NCBI GenBank assembly: GCA_031426555.1
Contig: JANPLN010000057.1
Location: 1 to 64,000, forward strand
DNA: 64,000 nucleotides
Origin: Bdellovibrionales bacterium
GTDB lineage: Bacteria > Bdellovibrionota > Bdellovibrionia > Bdellovibrionales > JAGQZY01
Direction: 5' to 3'
Shown: piece by piece, positions 1-10,610 of the stretch
How the letters are laid out: each line of letters starts with the position of its first letter
Numbering within the stretch: the stretch's first letter is position 1
The notes under the pieces: model-generated
Told to the model about the DNA's origin: nothing
The model's input: only the letters and a program-made list of their open reading frames with translations
Databases searched by the model: none
Program-made: the position numbers and the translations under genes

Positions 1-3000
1 TCACAGCCGAAGCAGACACACTTGCCTCAGTAACAGGTCGTGGTGCCACAACCGCCACAAGTATTACTTTAAACACTCAGGCTCAAGCCCGTTTTGCCGA
101 TAGCGCAGGCGGTGAGTACGCAGCCATTCAAGCTCCAGCGACCATTGCAGCAAACTATGTGTTAACGTTACCAGACACCGCAGGAACTAATGGCCAAGTG
201 CTTTCGACAAATGGTTCAGGAGTTCTCAGCTGGATTGCAATTCCATCCGCTCCCGTAACCTCGGTGTTTAGCAGAACGGGTGCTGTCGTAGCGGCAGCGA
301 GTGACTATGATGCCAACCAAATCGACAATACGCCTGCAGGTTCTATTTCCGCTACGGAAGTACAGTCAGCCATCAACGAACTCGACACAGAAAAAGTAGC
401 AAAAGCCGGCGACACCATGACTGGCCAACTGAACATGGGTCCAAAAGGTGTAGCTGCCGGTGACGGCGGAGCCATTGCGTTTACCGAACTTGCGGCCGGT
501 GGAACAAACATAGCAATCGTTCGCGCACCCGACGCCCTCGCCGCAAACTATGTGCTGACACTTCCAGCAAACGACGGCGACACTGGCCAGTACTTACAGA
601 CTGACGGAAATGGTGTGCTTGCATGGGTAACTCCTGCTGGAGTGGGCGAAACCAACACGGCGAGCAACCAAGGCGCAGGCGGCGTTGGGGTATTTAAACA
701 AAAAACGACATTTGATTTGGAATTCCGAAACATCAACGCCGCAAGCAATAAAATCACCGTGGCTCTCGATGCCGGTAATAACGAGATCGACATCAACGTG
801 GCTGAAGCCAATTTGGATTTAGGGACAATTCCGAATACGCCGGCAGGAACGATTGCGGCGACAAACGCACAAGCTGCCATTAATGAACTCGATGCTGATA
901 AAGTAGCAACCACACGTGCAATCAACACGGCTGCGGGTAGTGGCTTAAGTGGTGGCGGCGACCTTTCAGCCGATCGCAGTTTAAGCGTAAACATTAACGG
1001 AACCACTGCAGAAACCACTGCGGCCGCGAACGATGAATTACTAATATACGACACAAGCGCGACAGCGCTCAGAAAAATGGCCCGCAGTGATTTTTTAACC
1101 GGCTATTTAACTGCCGAAGCAGACACCTTTGCGTCGGTCACAGGTCGTGGCGCAACAACCGCCACAAGTATTACTTTAAGCACTCAGGCTCAAGCGCGTT
1201 TTTCCGATAGCGCAGGCGGCGAGTACGCAGCCATTCAAGCTCCGGCGACGATTGGCGCAAACTACGTTCTAACCTTACCAGACACCGCAGGAACGAACGG
1301 CCAAGTCCTTTCCACAAACGGTTCAGGAGTTCTCAGTTGGATTGCCATTCCTTCAGCTCCCGTAACAACAGTGTTTGGTAGATCCGGTGCCGTCGTAGCG
1401 GCAGCCAGTGATTATGATGCCAACCAAATCGACAACACTCCCGCAGGTTCTATTTCCGCTACGGAAGTACAGGCCGCGATCAACGAACTCGATACAGAAA
1501 AAGTCGCAAAAGCTGGCGACACGATGACTGGCCAACTGAACATGGGTCCAAAAGGTGCAGCTGCCGGTGACGGTGGAGCCATTGCCTTTACCGAACTTGC
1601 GGCCGGTGGAACAAACACAGCAATTGTTCGCGCACCCGACGCGCTCGGCGCCAACTATGTGCTGACTCTTCCACTAAACGATGGCGATAGTGGACAATAC
1701 TTACAGACTGACGGAAACGGTGTACTTGCATGGGTCACTCCAGCGGGAGTGGGCGAAACCAACACGGCAAGCAACCAAGGTGTCGGCGGAGTGGGCGTAT
1801 TTAAACAAAAAACCACGTTTGATTTAGAATTCCGAAACATCAACGCCGCAAGTAACAAAATCAGCGTGGCCCTCGATGCCGTAAACAACGAGATCGACAT
1901 TGACGTGAACGAGTCAAATTTAGCAATCACGACGCGTGCAATTAACACGGCCGCAGGTAGCGGACTATCGGGTGGCGGAGATCTTTCTGTTGATAGAAAT
2001 CTCAGCTTAAACATTAATGGCAGCACCGCCGAAACTTTAGTGGCGGGTAATGACGAAATTCTTATTTATGATGTAAGTGCCTTAGCGCTTCGAAAGATGA
2101 CCCGAACCAACTTTGTTCTGAGCGAAGCCGAAGTAGACGCCATGGTCTCAAACAACGGCTTTCTCTCTGCGGAAGCCGACACACTTGCGACAGTCACTGG
2201 GCGCGGTGCAAGTACTTCCACAAGCATCACTTTCAACACACAAGCTCAAGCGCGTTTTGCTGACAGCGCCGGCGGCGAATATGCGGCCATTCAGGCTCCA
2301 ACAACAATCGGCGCAAACTATGTTTTAACGTTACCAGACACCGCAGGAACGAACGGTCAAGTGCTTTCCACAAACGGTTCAGGAATTCTCAGTTGGATTG
2401 CCATCCCTTCAGCTCCGGTGACAACGGTTTTTGGCAGAACCGGCGCAGTTTTGGCGGTGGCGGGAGATTACACAGCGGCGCAAGTTACAAACGTAGCCGG
2501 TGGTGCCGTAGCGGCAGTGACAGTCCAAGCAGCGATCGACGAGCTGGATGCAGAAAAAGTGGCAAAAACTGGTGATTCAGTCAGCGGAGCCATCACGTTT
2601 GCCACACAAAACCAGGCTCGATTTGCCGACAGCGCAGGTGGTGAGTACGCAGCCATCCAGGCACCGACCACCATCGGTGCAAACTACGTTCTCACTCTTC
2701 CAGATTCAGCGGGCGGTGCGAGCCAAGTTTTAACTACAAACGGGGCGGGGGTACTTAGTTGGACTACCCCATCCACTGTTCCTGTAGCAAATAGTTTAGA
2801 TTTTATTCACTTCGTTGATGCGATGACCCTCGATGCATCGACCGATATTGCGATTACAGGCACACGCGTGTTTTCAGTCACAAATTCTGGTACAGGAAAT
2901 TCTTTTGTTGTGAATGACCAAACGGGCGACACCACGCCGTTTGTGATCGATGCAATTGGAAATGTGGGAATAGGAACAACAAGTCCAACCGTTCCATTGC

Positions 3001-5726
3001 AGGTAAATGTAAGCAGTTCTGGGAGTATGTTGATTCAGGGTGTTGCTGGAGTAAACTCAGGAAATTCAGACTTTGCAATTCGCAACGCGAGTGGCAGCGG
3101 CTATTGGAGCGTGGCTTCAATTGGAGCAACAGGAAGATTTACAATTTATGATGTCTCAAATAATAAAAATCCGTTCTACATTGAACCAAATTCCCCGAAC
3201 AATGCGTTGTTTATAAGTTCGTCGGGCAACGTCGGCATTGGAACTTCACTTCCTGGTACTATTCTCGATGCTGCAGGTGCAATTACCTCGCGTCCGATTG
3301 GAACAGGCACCGGTCAAACCGGCCAATTGGTTCTACGTGAACTTGCGGCGGGTGGAACAGAGTCAGTAGCGCTTCGTGCCTCAGATGCAATAGCCTCGAC
3401 ATTTGCGCTCACGCTTCCAAACTCAGCTGGAGCTACGGGACAGGTGCTACAAACAGATGGCACTGGAATTTTAAGTTGGGTGACTGCGGCAACTGCGATG
3501 CCAGACGACAGTTTAAACTTTGATAAGTTTGCGGACAACATGACTTTGGATGCAAACACGGATATCGCCGTCGGTGCAAACCTGCTAGCTGTGACAAATG
3601 ACGGAACGGGAGACTCATTCCGAGTGAATGACAATGGGGCCGGTGATACAAGCCCTTTCTTGATTGATCAAAGCGGGAATGTCGGTATCGGAACGGCGAC
3701 CCCAGCTTCGGAATTACATATTCTCAAAAGCTCAACTGGAAGTGCTCTACGAATTCAACGTTCTAATAATGCGAGCTTTCAAGCATCCAATGCTTTTTAC
3801 CCAGCAGGAGCATTGAGTGGCTCCAATCCAGCATGGGGTACCGGAATGTCTATTAACCGTACCGGTTTTGAAATATGGACATTTGATGGAACTTCCGATT
3901 CTACCCGGATTGCAATAGATACGGCGGGTTTTATTGGTATCGGAACAACTACGCCAAATGAGAAATTAGAGTTGTTCAACGGTAATATGGAACTTGAGAG
4001 AACCACTACAGGAACGAATTATATAAAGTTTTATAACTCCGAAGGAACAGATGAACCTTTTGGACAAATTGGGTTTGAAGATAACGGTGCAGCAGCCTAT
4101 GTACGATTTTCCGGCGGAGCGGTTGCTGGCGTAAATAATTTTATGGGTTACACTTTTGAAAACGGCAGCGTCGGTATAGGAACGACAGCTCCAGGAACCA
4201 TTCTAGATGCCGCAGGTGCGATCACTTCGCGCCCAAGCGGAACAGGCACAGGTCAAACAGGTCAACTGATCATGCGCGAGCTTGCGGCCTCGCCAGGGGG
4301 AACAGACAATGTGACACTTCGTGCGCCAGATTCTGTGGGAACAAGTTTTGCGCTGACTTTGCCAGGTACTGCGGGAACTACGGGACAAGTGCTACGCACC
4401 GATGGCACTGGAATTTTGAGTTGGGTTACTGCCGCAGCGGCAGTACCGGACGACAGTTTAAACTTCGATAAGTTTACGGACAATATGACTTTGGATGCAG
4501 ACACGGACATCGCAGTCGGTGCAAACCTTTTGGCCGTAACAAACGATGGCGCGGGAAACTCATTCCGAGTGAATGACAATGGGGCCGGCGATACAACCCC
4601 ATTTATGATTGATGCCAACGGAAATGTGGGGATTGGTTCTACGACTCCGGGTGTAAAACTCGACGTGGTTGGCGGCGTACGAATTTCGAATATGATTATT
4701 ACGGGTCCAGATTTTGAATTGGGGACTAACGATGGTAGGAACCGAGGATCTTCCACCTACCAACGTGTAGTGGTTCACGGTGGCCTCGCCATCGGTGGTC
4801 CTTACGATGACATGTTAAATGTTAACCACGATGGTGATTTCGAAGGCGGCGTGCAAGTGCAAGGACCTCGGTTTTTGGTGAGTGGGAACGTCGGTATAGG
4901 AACGACAGCTCCAGGAACCATTCTAGATGCCGCAGGTGCGATCACTTCGCGTCCAAGCGGAACTGGCGCAGGTCAGACCGGTCAGTTAATTCTGCGTGAA
5001 CTTGCATCTGGTGGAACAGAAACAACCACGATTCGTGCGTCGGATGCAATCACCACAAGTTACGCGTTAACGTTGCCCACAACGGCGGGAACTACGGGAC
5101 AAGTGCTACGAACCGATGGTTCAGGTACATTAACATGGGTCAGCGCTGATACATCCATTACAGCCGACAGCTTAGATTTTACGCACCTGGCAGATATTAT
5201 GACTTTGGACGTCAGCACAGATATTTCTGTAACAGGGACGAATATTTTATCGATTACCAATTCAGGGACTGCGAATTCCTTAGTGGTCAACGACCAATCC
5301 AGCGACACAACTCCCTTTGTGATTGACACAAATGGCAACGTGGGAGTTGGCACAACCACGGCTGCGCAAAAGTTGGAGGTAGCTGGGAACATTCGCGCCA
5401 CGGGCTCGGTGATTGGCGGAGTAAGCACAGATGCGGACGCGTTGTCTGCCTTAACTGTGGATTTTGCAAATACCAACACGATTCGTGCTACCGGGGCCAG
5501 CGCAGCCTGCGGAACGTTGAATCTGACAAATGTGACAGATGGAGGCTATTATACGCTGAGCATTTTAAATGCAACCAACAGCTGCACCACAATTCAACTC
5601 AATGGATCAACCGCCAATGTTAAACTGCCCACTGGTTATGGAGGCGGAGGAGCTGCCTTAAGCGGAGTGGTTTATACTTTTCTTTACGACGGATTGACAT
5701 TGTGGGTGTCTTTTGTACCCTATTAA
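1..5726 (+). CDS. Mosaic phage-tail-fibre-like adhesin (MAT-like), fibre 1; 5' part lies upstream of the window
   Basis: The frame is open from nt 3 (TAEADTLASVTGRG). It has repeated YVLTLP..G..GQVL.T.G.G.LSW, VTSVFGRTGAV and GNVGIGT modules, and the C-terminal cap ends ...LWVSFVPY. Confidence 0.85.
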   Translation, partial: TAEADTLASVTGRGATTATSITLNTQAQARFADSAGGEYAAIQAPATIAANYVLTLPDTAGTNGQVLSTNGSGVLSWIAIPSAPVTSVFSRTGAVVAAASDYDANQIDNTPAGSISATEVQSAINELDTEKVAKAGDTMTGQLNMGPKGVAAGDGGAIAFTELAAGGTNIAIVRAPDALAANYVLTLPANDGDTGQYLQTDGNGVLAWVTPAGVGETNTASNQGAGGVGVFKQKTTFDLEFRNINAASNKITVALDAGNNEIDINVAEANLDLGTIPNTPAGTIAATNAQAAINELDADKVATTRAINTAAGSGLSGGGDLSADRSLSVNINGTTAETTAAANDELLIYDTSATALRKMARSDFLTGYLTAEADTFASVTGRGATTATSITLSTQAQARFSDSAGGEYAAIQAPATIGANYVLTLPDTAGTNGQVLSTNGSGVLSWIAIPSAPVTTVFGRSGAVVAAASDYDANQIDNTPAGSISATEVQAAINELDTEKVAKAGDTMTGQLNMGPKGAAAGDGGAIAFTELAAGGTNTAIVRAPDALGANYVLTLPLNDGDSGQYLQTDGNGVLAWVTPAGVGETNTASNQGVGGVGVFKQKTTFDLEFRNINAASNKISVALDAVNNEIDIDVNESNLAITTRAINTAAGSGLSGGGDLSVDRNLSLNINGSTAETLVAGNDEILIYDVSALALRKMTRTNFVLSEAEVDAMVSNNGFLSAEADTLATVTGRGASTSTSITFNTQAQARFADSAGGEYAAIQAPTTIGANYVLTLPDTAGTNGQVLSTNGSGILSWIAIPSAPVTTVFGRTGAVLAVAGDYTAAQVTNVAGGAVAAVTVQAAIDELDAEKVAKTGDSVSGAITFATQNQARFADSAGGEYAAIQAPTTIGANYVLTLPDSAGGASQVLTTNGAGVLSWTTPSTVPVANSLDFIHFVDAMTLDASTDIAITGTRVFSVTNSGTGNSFVVNDQTGDTTPFVIDAIGNVGIGTTSPTVPLQVNVSSSGSMLIQGVAGVNSGNSDFAIRNASGSGYWSVASIGATGRFTIYDVSNNKNPFYIEPNSPNNALFISSSGNVGIGTSLPGTILDAAGAITSRPIGTGTGQTGQLVLRELAAGGTESVALRASDAIASTFALTLPNSAGATGQVLQTDGTGILSWVTAATAMPDDSLNFDKFADNMTLDANTDIAVGANLLAVTNDGTGDSFRVNDNGAGDTSPFLIDQSGNVGIGTATPASELHILKSSTGSALRIQRSNNASFQASNAFYPAGALSGSNPAWGTGMSINRTGFEIWTFDGTSDSTRIAIDTAGFIGIGTTTPNEKLELFNGNMELERTTTGTNYIKFYNSEGTDEPFGQIGFEDNGAAAYVRFSGGAVAGVNNFMGYTFENGSVGIGTTAPGTILDAAGAITSRPSGTGTGQTGQLIMRELAASPGGTDNVTLRAPDSVGTSFALTLPGTAGTTGQVLRTDGTGILSWVTAAAAVPDDSLNFDKFTDNMTLDADTDIAVGANLLAVTNDGAGNSFRVNDNGAGDTTPFMIDANGNVGIGSTTPGVKLDVVGGVRISNMIITGPDFELGTNDGRNRGSSTYQRVVVHGGLAIGGPYDDMLNVNHDGDFEGGVQVQGPRFLVSGNVGIGTTAPGTILDAAGAITSRPSGTGAGQTGQLILRELASGGTETTTIRASDAITTSYALTLPTTAGTTGQVLRTDGSGTLTWVSADTSITADSLDFTHLADIMTLDVSTDISVTGTNILSITNSGTANSLVVNDQSSDTTPFVIDTNGNVGVGTTTAAQKLEVAGNIRATGSVIGGVSTDADALSALTVDFANTNTIRATGASAACGTLNLTNVTDGGYYTLSILNATNSCTTIQLNGSTANVKLPTGYGGGGAALSGVVYTFLYDGLTLWVSFVPY

Positions 5727-5729
5727 CTC

Positions 5730-8700
5730 ATGAAACGAAGACGATTTTTACAAAATATTGCAGCAAGCCCGAGCTTAAGGTTTTTACCTTTTGCTTCGAT
5801 CTCTTTGTTTTTGCAAAAAGCTTTCGCTCGCAATGGTTTTTCGTTTTGGAAATCCACGTCGTCCACGCTATGGGCATGGGGCAATCAGGCCTCGCAATCT
5901 CGCGTCGGCGACGGTACAAACATCAATCGCTCAAGCCCTGTTCAGGTGGGCCACAATAACGACTGGGTCAGCGTGCGCGGAGGCGTGGAACACAGTTTTG
6001 CTACGAATTCTTCGTCGCGTGCTTTTGGCTGGGGCGCCAATGGATCGGGACGGGTGGGAACAATCACGGGGGCCGCAAGTGTTATTAGCCCCAATGGACT
6101 TGGAACGGCTTCCTACATCGATGTATCTGGTGGCTTCGTCCACTCTCTGGGAGTACGGTCGTCGGGAGCTTTATTTTCTTGGGGAAGCCCATCCGATGGA
6201 AAATTAGGCTTTGGAAGCACGACCAACAGATCTTCACCTGTGCAAGTGGGTGCGCTCACTGATTGGGCCTCAGTGAATGCTAGCTACACGTCTTCGTTTG
6301 GCATTAAAACCAACGGCACTTTGTGGGCATGGGGCGACAATGATCAAGGGCAACTTGGTCTGAACTTTAACATTTATCTCCCTGCGCGAATTTTACAAAA
6401 CTGCACAACCATTACGGCAAACCACTTTCACTCTTTGGCTATTCGCACCGACGGAACTCTTTGGGCGTGGGGGCATGGTAATAATGGGCGATTAGGTACA
6501 GGGGCTTCGCTGGACGTGATATCGCCTACGCAGATCAGCGCACTAAGTTGGACAAAAGTAACCGCCGGGAATTCCCATTCGGCTGCCATTCGCAATGACG
6601 GCTCATTGTGGACATGGGGCGCAAACACCTATGGTGAGCTGGGCAACGGGAATTTTGTTGATACAAATATGCCAGCTCAGATGAGTGCACTCAGTTGGTC
6701 TCAGGTATCTGCAGGCGATGGTTACACCCTTGCGATTCGAGGAGACGGAACTCTATGGTCGTGGGGCGATGGCTTGTACGGTCGCCTTGGTAACGGTGTA
6801 AGGACGGATTTGCCTCAGCGCGTAGGCGCGCTTTCAAATTGGTCCAAAATCTCTTCGTCTTACAGTCATATCGCCGCAATAAAAGTGGATGGCACGCTTT
6901 GGGTTTGGGGTGCAGGGACTGACGGGCGATTGGGTCTAGGCGATGTATTAAATCGATTGTCGCCAGTGCAACTTGGATCACTTACAACGTGGTCACACGT
7001 ATCAGCAGGCGTTGCGCATACAATTGCGTGTCGCGCTGACGGCACTTTGTGGGCCTGGGGCAATGGTGCTAGTGGGCGGCTTGGGCAAAATAACATCACA
7101 AGCGCTTCTTCGCCGGTCCAGATTTCTGGAGCAACTTGGAACAAAATTTCCACTTTCGAAGATTTTAATATAGCGGGAAAAGCCGACGGAACTCTCTGGG
7201 CGTGGGGAGCAAATGGAAGCGGACAGTTAGGCGATGGCACCGCTGCCTCGCGGTCTTCGCCCGTGGCCATTGGCAGTGAAACAACATGGGATAAAATTTC
7301 ATCAGGGATTAACCATTCCATGGCTTTGAAGATCGATGGCACCCTTTGGAATTGGGGAGGTAATGCCTTTGGACAATTGGCCACTGGAAATACGGCTTCT
7401 CGCTCTTCGCCAGTTCAACTGGGCGTAAACACCTGGTCGCAAATTTCTGTCGGTAACTATTACTCAACAGCAATTCGCACCGACGGAACCCTGTGGTCGT
7501 GGGGAGACGGCTTTCTGGGCAAGACGGGATTGAATACTGCAAACGATCGGTCCTCACCGGTGCAGGTAGGCACGGCCACAAACTGGAGTGCTATTTCGGC
7601 CACTCATTTTTCTTTGGCGCTTCGTTCGGATAACACTCTTTGGGCGTGGGGAAATGGTGACGATGGACGTTTGGGAATCTCCGGCTCTTTTATTTCAAGA
7701 AGCACGCCTGTGCAAGTGGGCATTGGCACTGATTGGGCAGCTATTAGCGGTGGGCTTGGATTTTCCGTAGGAGTTTCGACAACGGGAAGTTTGTTTACTT
7801 GGGGACAAAATTATTTTGGCGAGCTTGGACAAAATTATCAACAAATCAGTCCTAACCAAGTTGGCTCAGCAACCGATTGGGCAAAAATTTCTGCAGGCGT
7901 AAATACGGCTGCTGCTATAAAAACGAACGGAACTTTCTGGGCATGGGGAGCAAATCTGAATGGTAGACTGGGTCTTGGCGATCTGGTGCACGTGAGTATC
8001 CCAACACAGGTTGGAACTCTTACAACATGGGCAGATGTGGCGGTCACGAAGTTTCACGTCCTTGCAACGCGAACTAACGGTACAGTTTGGTCCTGGGGAG
8101 ATGGAAATTCCGGTAAACTTGGCCAAGGCAACACTGCGGCGCGGTCTTCGCCGATACAAATTGGCTCATTGTCAAACTGGTCGCAGGTAGGCACGGGTAC
8201 GGAGCACAGCTTGGCAGTGAAGATTGATGGAACTTTGTGGGGTTGGGGCAGTGGCACTGACGGGGCTTTGGGTGTGCCCACTATTGCAGAATACTCGTCA
8301 CCAATTCAGGTTGGATCAGACACTAATTGGGCGCAAGTAAAAGCCGGAGAGCAGTTTTCGATCGCTTTAAAAACCAATGGCGAAGTTTTTGCTTTTGGAT
8401 CTAATGATTTCGGTAAAACGGGCATTGGTTTTAATACATCCTCACCCACACAAGTTGGAACAGATACTGACTGGTTAAGAGTGCGTGGTTACGGGGACCA
8501 CGTGCTCGCTCTAAGAACCAATGGCACGTTGTGGGCGTGGGGTGCAAACTCGCTGGGACAAGTTGGCGATGGAACAATTATCAATCGCTCATCTCCGGTT
8601 CAAATTGGCGCAGGAACAACATGGAATCGAATAGCGGGGTCCCAATCGCACAGTGTGGCCGTTACTTCAGGTGGTAGTTTGTGGTCTTGGGGTTTTAATG

Positions 8701-8975
8701 CTCAAGGGCAGTTGGGAGTGAACGATATCCTGAGCCGTTCCTCACCGGTGCAGGTGAGTGGTGCCACATGGTCCCGCGTGGCAGCGGGTAACACTCACAC
8801 CATTGCACTTCGCAGTAATGGCTCAGTTTGGATTTGGGGAGACAACTCCACCGGACAGTTGGCGCAAAACGATCTGGTCAACCGCTCGTCGCCCGTCCAG
8901 GTGGGTTCGCTCACAACATGGTTTGATGTTGCGGCATCAAGTTCCACATCCTATGGGATAAAAAACAATTCGTAA
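5730..8975 (+). CDS. Tat-exported RCC1-repeat protein (21 repeats); putative fibre tip partner
   Basis: Twin-arginine signal MKRRRFLQ...AFA, repeats of DGTLWAWG.N..GQLG...RSSPVQVG, start 3 nt after the fibre 1 stop. Confidence 0.9.
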   Translation: MKRRRFLQNIAASPSLRFLPFASISLFLQKAFARNGFSFWKSTSSTLWAWGNQASQSRVGDGTNINRSSPVQVGHNNDWVSVRGGVEHSFATNSSSRAFGWGANGSGRVGTITGAASVISPNGLGTASYIDVSGGFVHSLGVRSSGALFSWGSPSDGKLGFGSTTNRSSPVQVGALTDWASVNASYTSSFGIKTNGTLWAWGDNDQGQLGLNFNIYLPARILQNCTTITANHFHSLAIRTDGTLWAWGHGNNGRLGTGASLDVISPTQISALSWTKVTAGNSHSAAIRNDGSLWTWGANTYGELGNGNFVDTNMPAQMSALSWSQVSAGDGYTLAIRGDGTLWSWGDGLYGRLGNGVRTDLPQRVGALSNWSKISSSYSHIAAIKVDGTLWVWGAGTDGRLGLGDVLNRLSPVQLGSLTTWSHVSAGVAHTIACRADGTLWAWGNGASGRLGQNNITSASSPVQISGATWNKISTFEDFNIAGKADGTLWAWGANGSGQLGDGTAASRSSPVAIGSETTWDKISSGINHSMALKIDGTLWNWGGNAFGQLATGNTASRSSPVQLGVNTWSQISVGNYYSTAIRTDGTLWSWGDGFLGKTGLNTANDRSSPVQVGTATNWSAISATHFSLALRSDNTLWAWGNGDDGRLGISGSFISRSTPVQVGIGTDWAAISGGLGFSVGVSTTGSLFTWGQNYFGELGQNYQQISPNQVGSATDWAKISAGVNTAAAIKTNGTFWAWGANLNGRLGLGDLVHVSIPTQVGTLTTWADVAVTKFHVLATRTNGTVWSWGDGNSGKLGQGNTAARSSPIQIGSLSNWSQVGTGTEHSLAVKIDGTLWGWGSGTDGALGVPTIAEYSSPIQVGSDTNWAQVKAGEQFSIALKTNGEVFAFGSNDFGKTGIGFNTSSPTQVGTDTDWLRVRGYGDHVLALRTNGTLWAWGANSLGQVGDGTIINRSSPVQIGAGTTWNRIAGSQSHSVAVTSGGSLWSWGFNAQGQLGVNDILSRSSPVQVSGATWSRVAAGNTHTIALRSNGSVWIWGDNSTGQLAQNDLVNRSSPVQVGSLTTWFDVAASSSTSYGIKNNS

Positions 8976-8991
8976 ATGAGAAAGCAGTTAA

Positions 8992-9597
8992 ATGGACACG
9001 CAAAAACTAAAACTCAATTTAGGCTGCGGCTATAAAAGAAAAGAAAATTTTGTCAACGTCGACATCGATCCTGCTTGTGAGCCACAAGTGACTCTCGATT
9101 TAGAAAACGAAATTTGGCCTTGGGGCGATAATTCCGTTGACCAAATTCTTCTGCATCATGTGATGGAGCACTTGGGCGAAACAAAAAAACAATTTTTTCA
9201 TATTATGAAGGAAATGTACCGAGTTTGTTGTAACCATGCGCAGATTCATATCGTTGTTCCTCACTACACCCACGAAAACTTTTGGCACGACTGCACGCAC
9301 GTTCGAGCCGTAACGCCTGTGGGCCTCGCTATGTTTTCTGTGCAACGAAATCTACAAACCATTGCTAACGGCGGCGATGAAAGTTGCTATGGGTTGCAGT
9401 TGGGTGTGGATTTTTCGGTGGAGTCAGTGGTTTACAAACTCAAAGACCAGTTTGGTCGTGCGCTCGAACAAAAAAGCATCTCAGAAGAACAGATGCAGCA
9501 CATGTTTATGACACAAAATAATATTTGCGAGGCCATCGACATGCGCCTGAAAGTGATTAAGACTAAACAGGAACAGACTGCCGATGCAAAACTTTAA
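8992..9597 (+). CDS. Class I SAM-dependent methyltransferase (type 11-like)
   Basis: KLNLGCG, VNVD, DNSVDQI..HHVMEH and EMYRVC motifs. Confidence 0.85.
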   Translation: MDTQKLKLNLGCGYKRKENFVNVDIDPACEPQVTLDLENEIWPWGDNSVDQILLHHVMEHLGETKKQFFHIMKEMYRVCCNHAQIHIVVPHYTHENFWHDCTHVRAVTPVGLAMFSVQRNLQTIANGGDESCYGLQLGVDFSVESVVYKLKDQFGRALEQKSISEEQMQHMFMTQNNICEAIDMRLKVIKTKQEQTADAKL

Positions 9598-10594
9598 AAC
9601 TATAAATGGTATTCCTCTTCTTGATCAACAGGTGCGAGCTGGTATCGAAGGTGATTTCGCTCGAGGTTGGGAGATTGCCGAAGAGCTTCGTCGAGTTTCG
9701 CCAGCCTGTCGTCGAGCGGCCTTTAACAGAGCTTGGTACATGATGATGCGCGGAGACCTACTAGAAGGTCTCACACTCTTAGACCAGGGGAGGTGGGAAA
9801 AAGTTTTTGGCGATCCTCCGCTGCCGACGTCAAAACCCATTTATCGCGACGAGGACTTAAAAGGAAGGTATCTTTTAATTTGCTCAGAGGGGGGATTGGG
9901 TGATGAGATCATCAACGCCCGATTTATTAAAGATTTTGTAGACCTCGGCGCCAAAGTTGTGATCACCTGTGATCCGGGACTTGCCAGCGTGTTTTCGCGC
10001 ATCGATGGCGTATCCGCTGTAATTGGCCATCGCCGCACTCCCGAAGTGCACCATGACTTTTGGGTGCCGGGAATGAGCGCCGCCCGTGTTCTCAATTACA
10101 CCTACGAAAAGCTCACTGGCGCTGCGTATCTTTGCGCAGATCCAAATTATGTTAAGAAATGGCAAAATTACTTCTTTGAAAATAAAATCGACGCGCGCAT
10201 TGGCTTGCGGTTTTTTGGCAATCCAAAGTTTGAACACGAGCAACATCGACGTTTTCCTCCACAGTTATTGACCGATGCTCTAGCTGGAAGGCCGTGGGTG
10301 AATTTGCAGATCGAGCAGACAAATTTGCCACTGAAAAACTGGGAAGACACCTTGGCCGTGATCTCGCTTTTGGATTTGGTGATCACGTCGTGCACCAGCG
10401 TGGCCCACGCCAGTGCCGCCATGGGAAAAGAAACCTGGGTGGTCACGCCAGTATTGCCATATTATATTTGGGCGCTCCCTGGCGACACCTCGCCGTGGTA
10501 CAAATCAGTTCGTTTGTTCCGCCAGGAAAAATTTGGCCAGTGGGAATCGGTTTTCGAAAAAGTAAAACACGCTCTCGAACTTCGAAATTTTTAA
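9584..10594 (+). CDS. GT-B glycosyltransferase (GT9/heptosyltransferase-like, TPR-associated type)
   Basis: SEGGLGDEI.F, GNPKF, LDLVITSCTSVAHASAAMGK and PWYKSVRLFRQ motifs; overlaps the upstream stop. Confidence 0.8.
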   Translation: MQNFKTINGIPLLDQQVRAGIEGDFARGWEIAEELRRVSPACRRAAFNRAWYMMMRGDLLEGLTLLDQGRWEKVFGDPPLPTSKPIYRDEDLKGRYLLICSEGGLGDEIINARFIKDFVDLGAKVVITCDPGLASVFSRIDGVSAVIGHRRTPEVHHDFWVPGMSAARVLNYTYEKLTGAAYLCADPNYVKKWQNYFFENKIDARIGLRFFGNPKFEHEQHRRFPPQLLTDALAGRPWVNLQIEQTNLPLKNWEDTLAVISLLDLVITSCTSVAHASAAMGKETWVVTPVLPYYIWALPGDTSPWYKSVRLFRQEKFGQWESVFEKVKHALELRNF

Positions 10595-10610
10595 GCAAAG
10601 GAAAAACTCA

